Below, one piece after another: positions 62,292-64,000 of a DNA stretch of 64,000 nucleotides; within the stretch, counting starts at the first letter, position 1, and the number at the start of each line of letters is the position of its first letter. This DNA is from Rikenella sp. (GTDB taxonomy: Bacteria; Bacteroidota; Bacteroidia; Bacteroidales; Rikenellaceae). The notes beneath the pieces were generated by a model that was not told the origin of the DNA, ran no database searches, and worked only from the letters and a program-made list of their open reading frames with translations. The stretch covers positions 8,753 to 72,752 of the forward strand of contig JAVBMY010000012.1 in NCBI GenBank assembly GCA_031551865.1. The letters run 5' to 3'. The translations under genes were made by a program, and so were the position numbers.

Positions 62292-63419
62292 ATGCACGAT
62301 TTGGATTCCCTCCTGAGCAAAGCCGTAAATGGCGAAAATCTGACCGCCGGCGAGGCGTTTCGGCTCTACACCGGCGTCCCGTTGAACGGACTGATGGCCG
62401 CGGCCGACGCCGTGCGCCGCCGGCTGCACCCATCTCGCACGGTCACCTGGCAGATCGACCGCAACGTGAACATCACCAACGTGTGCGTGTCGGGCTGCCG
62501 CTTCTGCAATTTTCACTGCCGGCTGGCCGACACCGCCCGGGCCTACGTCACCACACCGGACGAATACCGGCGCAAGATCGGGGGAATGCTCGAACTCGGC
62601 GGCGACCAACTGCTCCTGCAGGGCGGCCTGCATCCTTCACTGGGCATCGAATTCTACGAAGAACTGTTCCGCTCGCTCAAACAGGCCTACCCCACCGTGA
62701 AACTGCACGCCCTCGGACCACCCGAAATAGCACACATCACGCGGCTGGCCGGTTTTGAGGCCAGCGGCACAGGTTACCGCCGCACGCTCGAACGGCTCAT
62801 GGCTGCGGGGCTCGACTCGCTGCCCGGCGCCGGGGCCGAGATCCTCGACAACGACATCCGCCGCCGCATCTCGCCCGGCAAATGTTCGGCCGACACGTGG
62901 CTGGCCGTGATGCGCGAGGCGCACGCACTAGGGCTGCTCACCTCGGCCACCATGATGTACGGCCACATCGAAGAGCCCCGCCACCGCATCGAACACCTGC
63001 TGAAAATCCGCGACCTGCAAGCCGAACGGCCCGCCGGAGCGACAGGATTCATTTCGTTCATCGCATGGCCCTTCCGGGGTACCGGCACCCTGTTGTGCGA
63101 CAAAGACGGCATTGACGACGCTGCGGCGCACGACACCCCGGAATTCTTGCGGATGATCGCCCTGGCGCGGCTGGTGCTGCATAACGTGCCGAACATCCAG
63201 GCCTCGTGGCTGACGGCGGGCTTTCCGGCGGCCCAGCTGGCGCTCCACGGCGGCGCCAACGACATGGGCTCGATCATGATCGAAGAGAACGTGGTGTCGG
63301 CGGCCTCATCGCCGGGGCAGGCCACCGTGATGGACGCCGCGGCGATGCAGGCCGCCATTCGCGCCGCCGGGTTCGTACCCGTGCTGCGCGATGCACGCTA
63401 CCGGCCGCGGCATATATAA
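62292..63419 (+). CDS. mqnC: Cyclic dehypoxanthinyl futalosine synthase (CofH/MqnC radical SAM)
   Basis: [49 protein letters not shown]. Confidence 0.85.
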   Translation: MHDLDSLLSKAVNGENLTAGEAFRLYTGVPLNGLMAAADAVRRRLHPSRTVTWQIDRNVNITNVCVSGCRFCNFHCRLADTARAYVTTPDEYRRKIGGMLELGGDQLLLQGGLHPSLGIEFYEELFRSLKQAYPTVKLHALGPPEIAHITRLAGFEASGTGYRRTLERLMAAGLDSLPGAGAEILDNDIRRRISPGKCSADTWLAVMREAHALGLLTSATMMYGHIEEPRHRIEHLLKIRDLQAERPAGATGFISFIAWPFRGTGTLLCDKDGIDDAAAHDTPEFLRMIALARLVLHNVPNIQASWLTAGFPAAQLALHGGANDMGSIMIEENVVSAASSPGQATVMDAAAMQAAIRAAGFVPVLRDARYRPRHI

Positions 63420-63454
63420 CCGCAAAAAGCCGGAAAATTCCTACCTTTGTATTT

Positions 63455-64000
63455 ATGGCAAAAGCAGTCGACATTACCAAAGTACAGGCCGAAGAAGGGC
63501 AAAAATACGTCCTGACGCCCCTGATGAAACAATACTACGGCATCAAGGCTCAGCACCCCGACGCCATCCTGCTTTTCCGGGCCGGCGACTTCTACGAAAC
63601 CTTCGGCGAAGACGCCATCGTGGCCAGCAAAATCCTCGGCATCACCCTTACCAAACGGGCCAACGGCGCCGCGTCGAGCGTCGAACTGGCCGGATTCCCC
63701 CACCACGCCATCGACGTCTACCTTCCGAAACTCGTGCGGGCCGGGCAGCGGGTGGCCGTGTGCGAACAACTCGAAGACCCCAAGACCGCCAAAGGCATCG
63801 TCAAGCGCGGCGTCACAGAGCTCGTCACCCCCGGCATCACCTTCCACGACAACATCCTCGACCACCGCGAGAACACCTACCTGGCCGCCGTGAGCATCGA
63901 CCCATCGCCCAAAGGCAGCTACGGCGCGGCCTTCATCGACATCTCGACCGGCGAGTTCTTCGCCGCCGAGGGCGACAGCGGCTACATCGACAAGCTGCTC
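63455..64000 (+). CDS. mutS: DNA mismatch repair protein MutS (3'-truncated; absent from the ORF track)
   Basis: Manual translation gives [42 protein letters not shown]. Confidence 0.96.
   Translation, partial: MAKAVDITKVQAEEGQKYVLTPLMKQYYGIKAQHPDAILLFRAGDFYETFGEDAIVASKILGITLTKRANGAASSVELAGFPHHAIDVYLPKLVRAGQRVAVCEQLEDPKTAKGIVKRGVTELVTPGITFHDNILDHRENTYLAAVSIDPSPKGSYGAAFIDISTGEFFAAEGDSGYIDKLL

Overview
This is a high-GC Bacteroidales chromosomal window, inferred to be Rikenellaceae-like (Rikenella/Alistipes) from TAnnTTTG promoters, a futalosine-pathway gene and the gene families present. It holds about 50 mostly housekeeping genes: a scrambled division/cell-wall (dcw) cluster, the purH-mreBCD-mrdA-rodA block, a Na+-pumping methylmalonyl-CoA decarboxylase operon, a glycine-lipid acyltransferase pair, aspA, pyrF, prfA, mqnC and the start of mutS. 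I found no tRNA, rRNA, CRISPR array, transposase or integrase. The main signal is non-coding. Many intergenic gaps, including most in the dcw and mre regions, carry a mosaic of palindromic modules in conserved order. Their stem sequences differ between copies but stay complementary, and some modules sit nested in the loops of others. The genes these mosaics separate appear to have been locally inverted one gene or block at a time (murD, mraY, murC/murG, ftsI-murE). Other notable items are two sigma54 promoters driving tandem PepSY/BLIP-like genes, seven near-leaderless promoter-ATG pairs, and an orphan collagen/tail-fibre-like gene pair. All alignments and family calls were made by eye; no searches were run.
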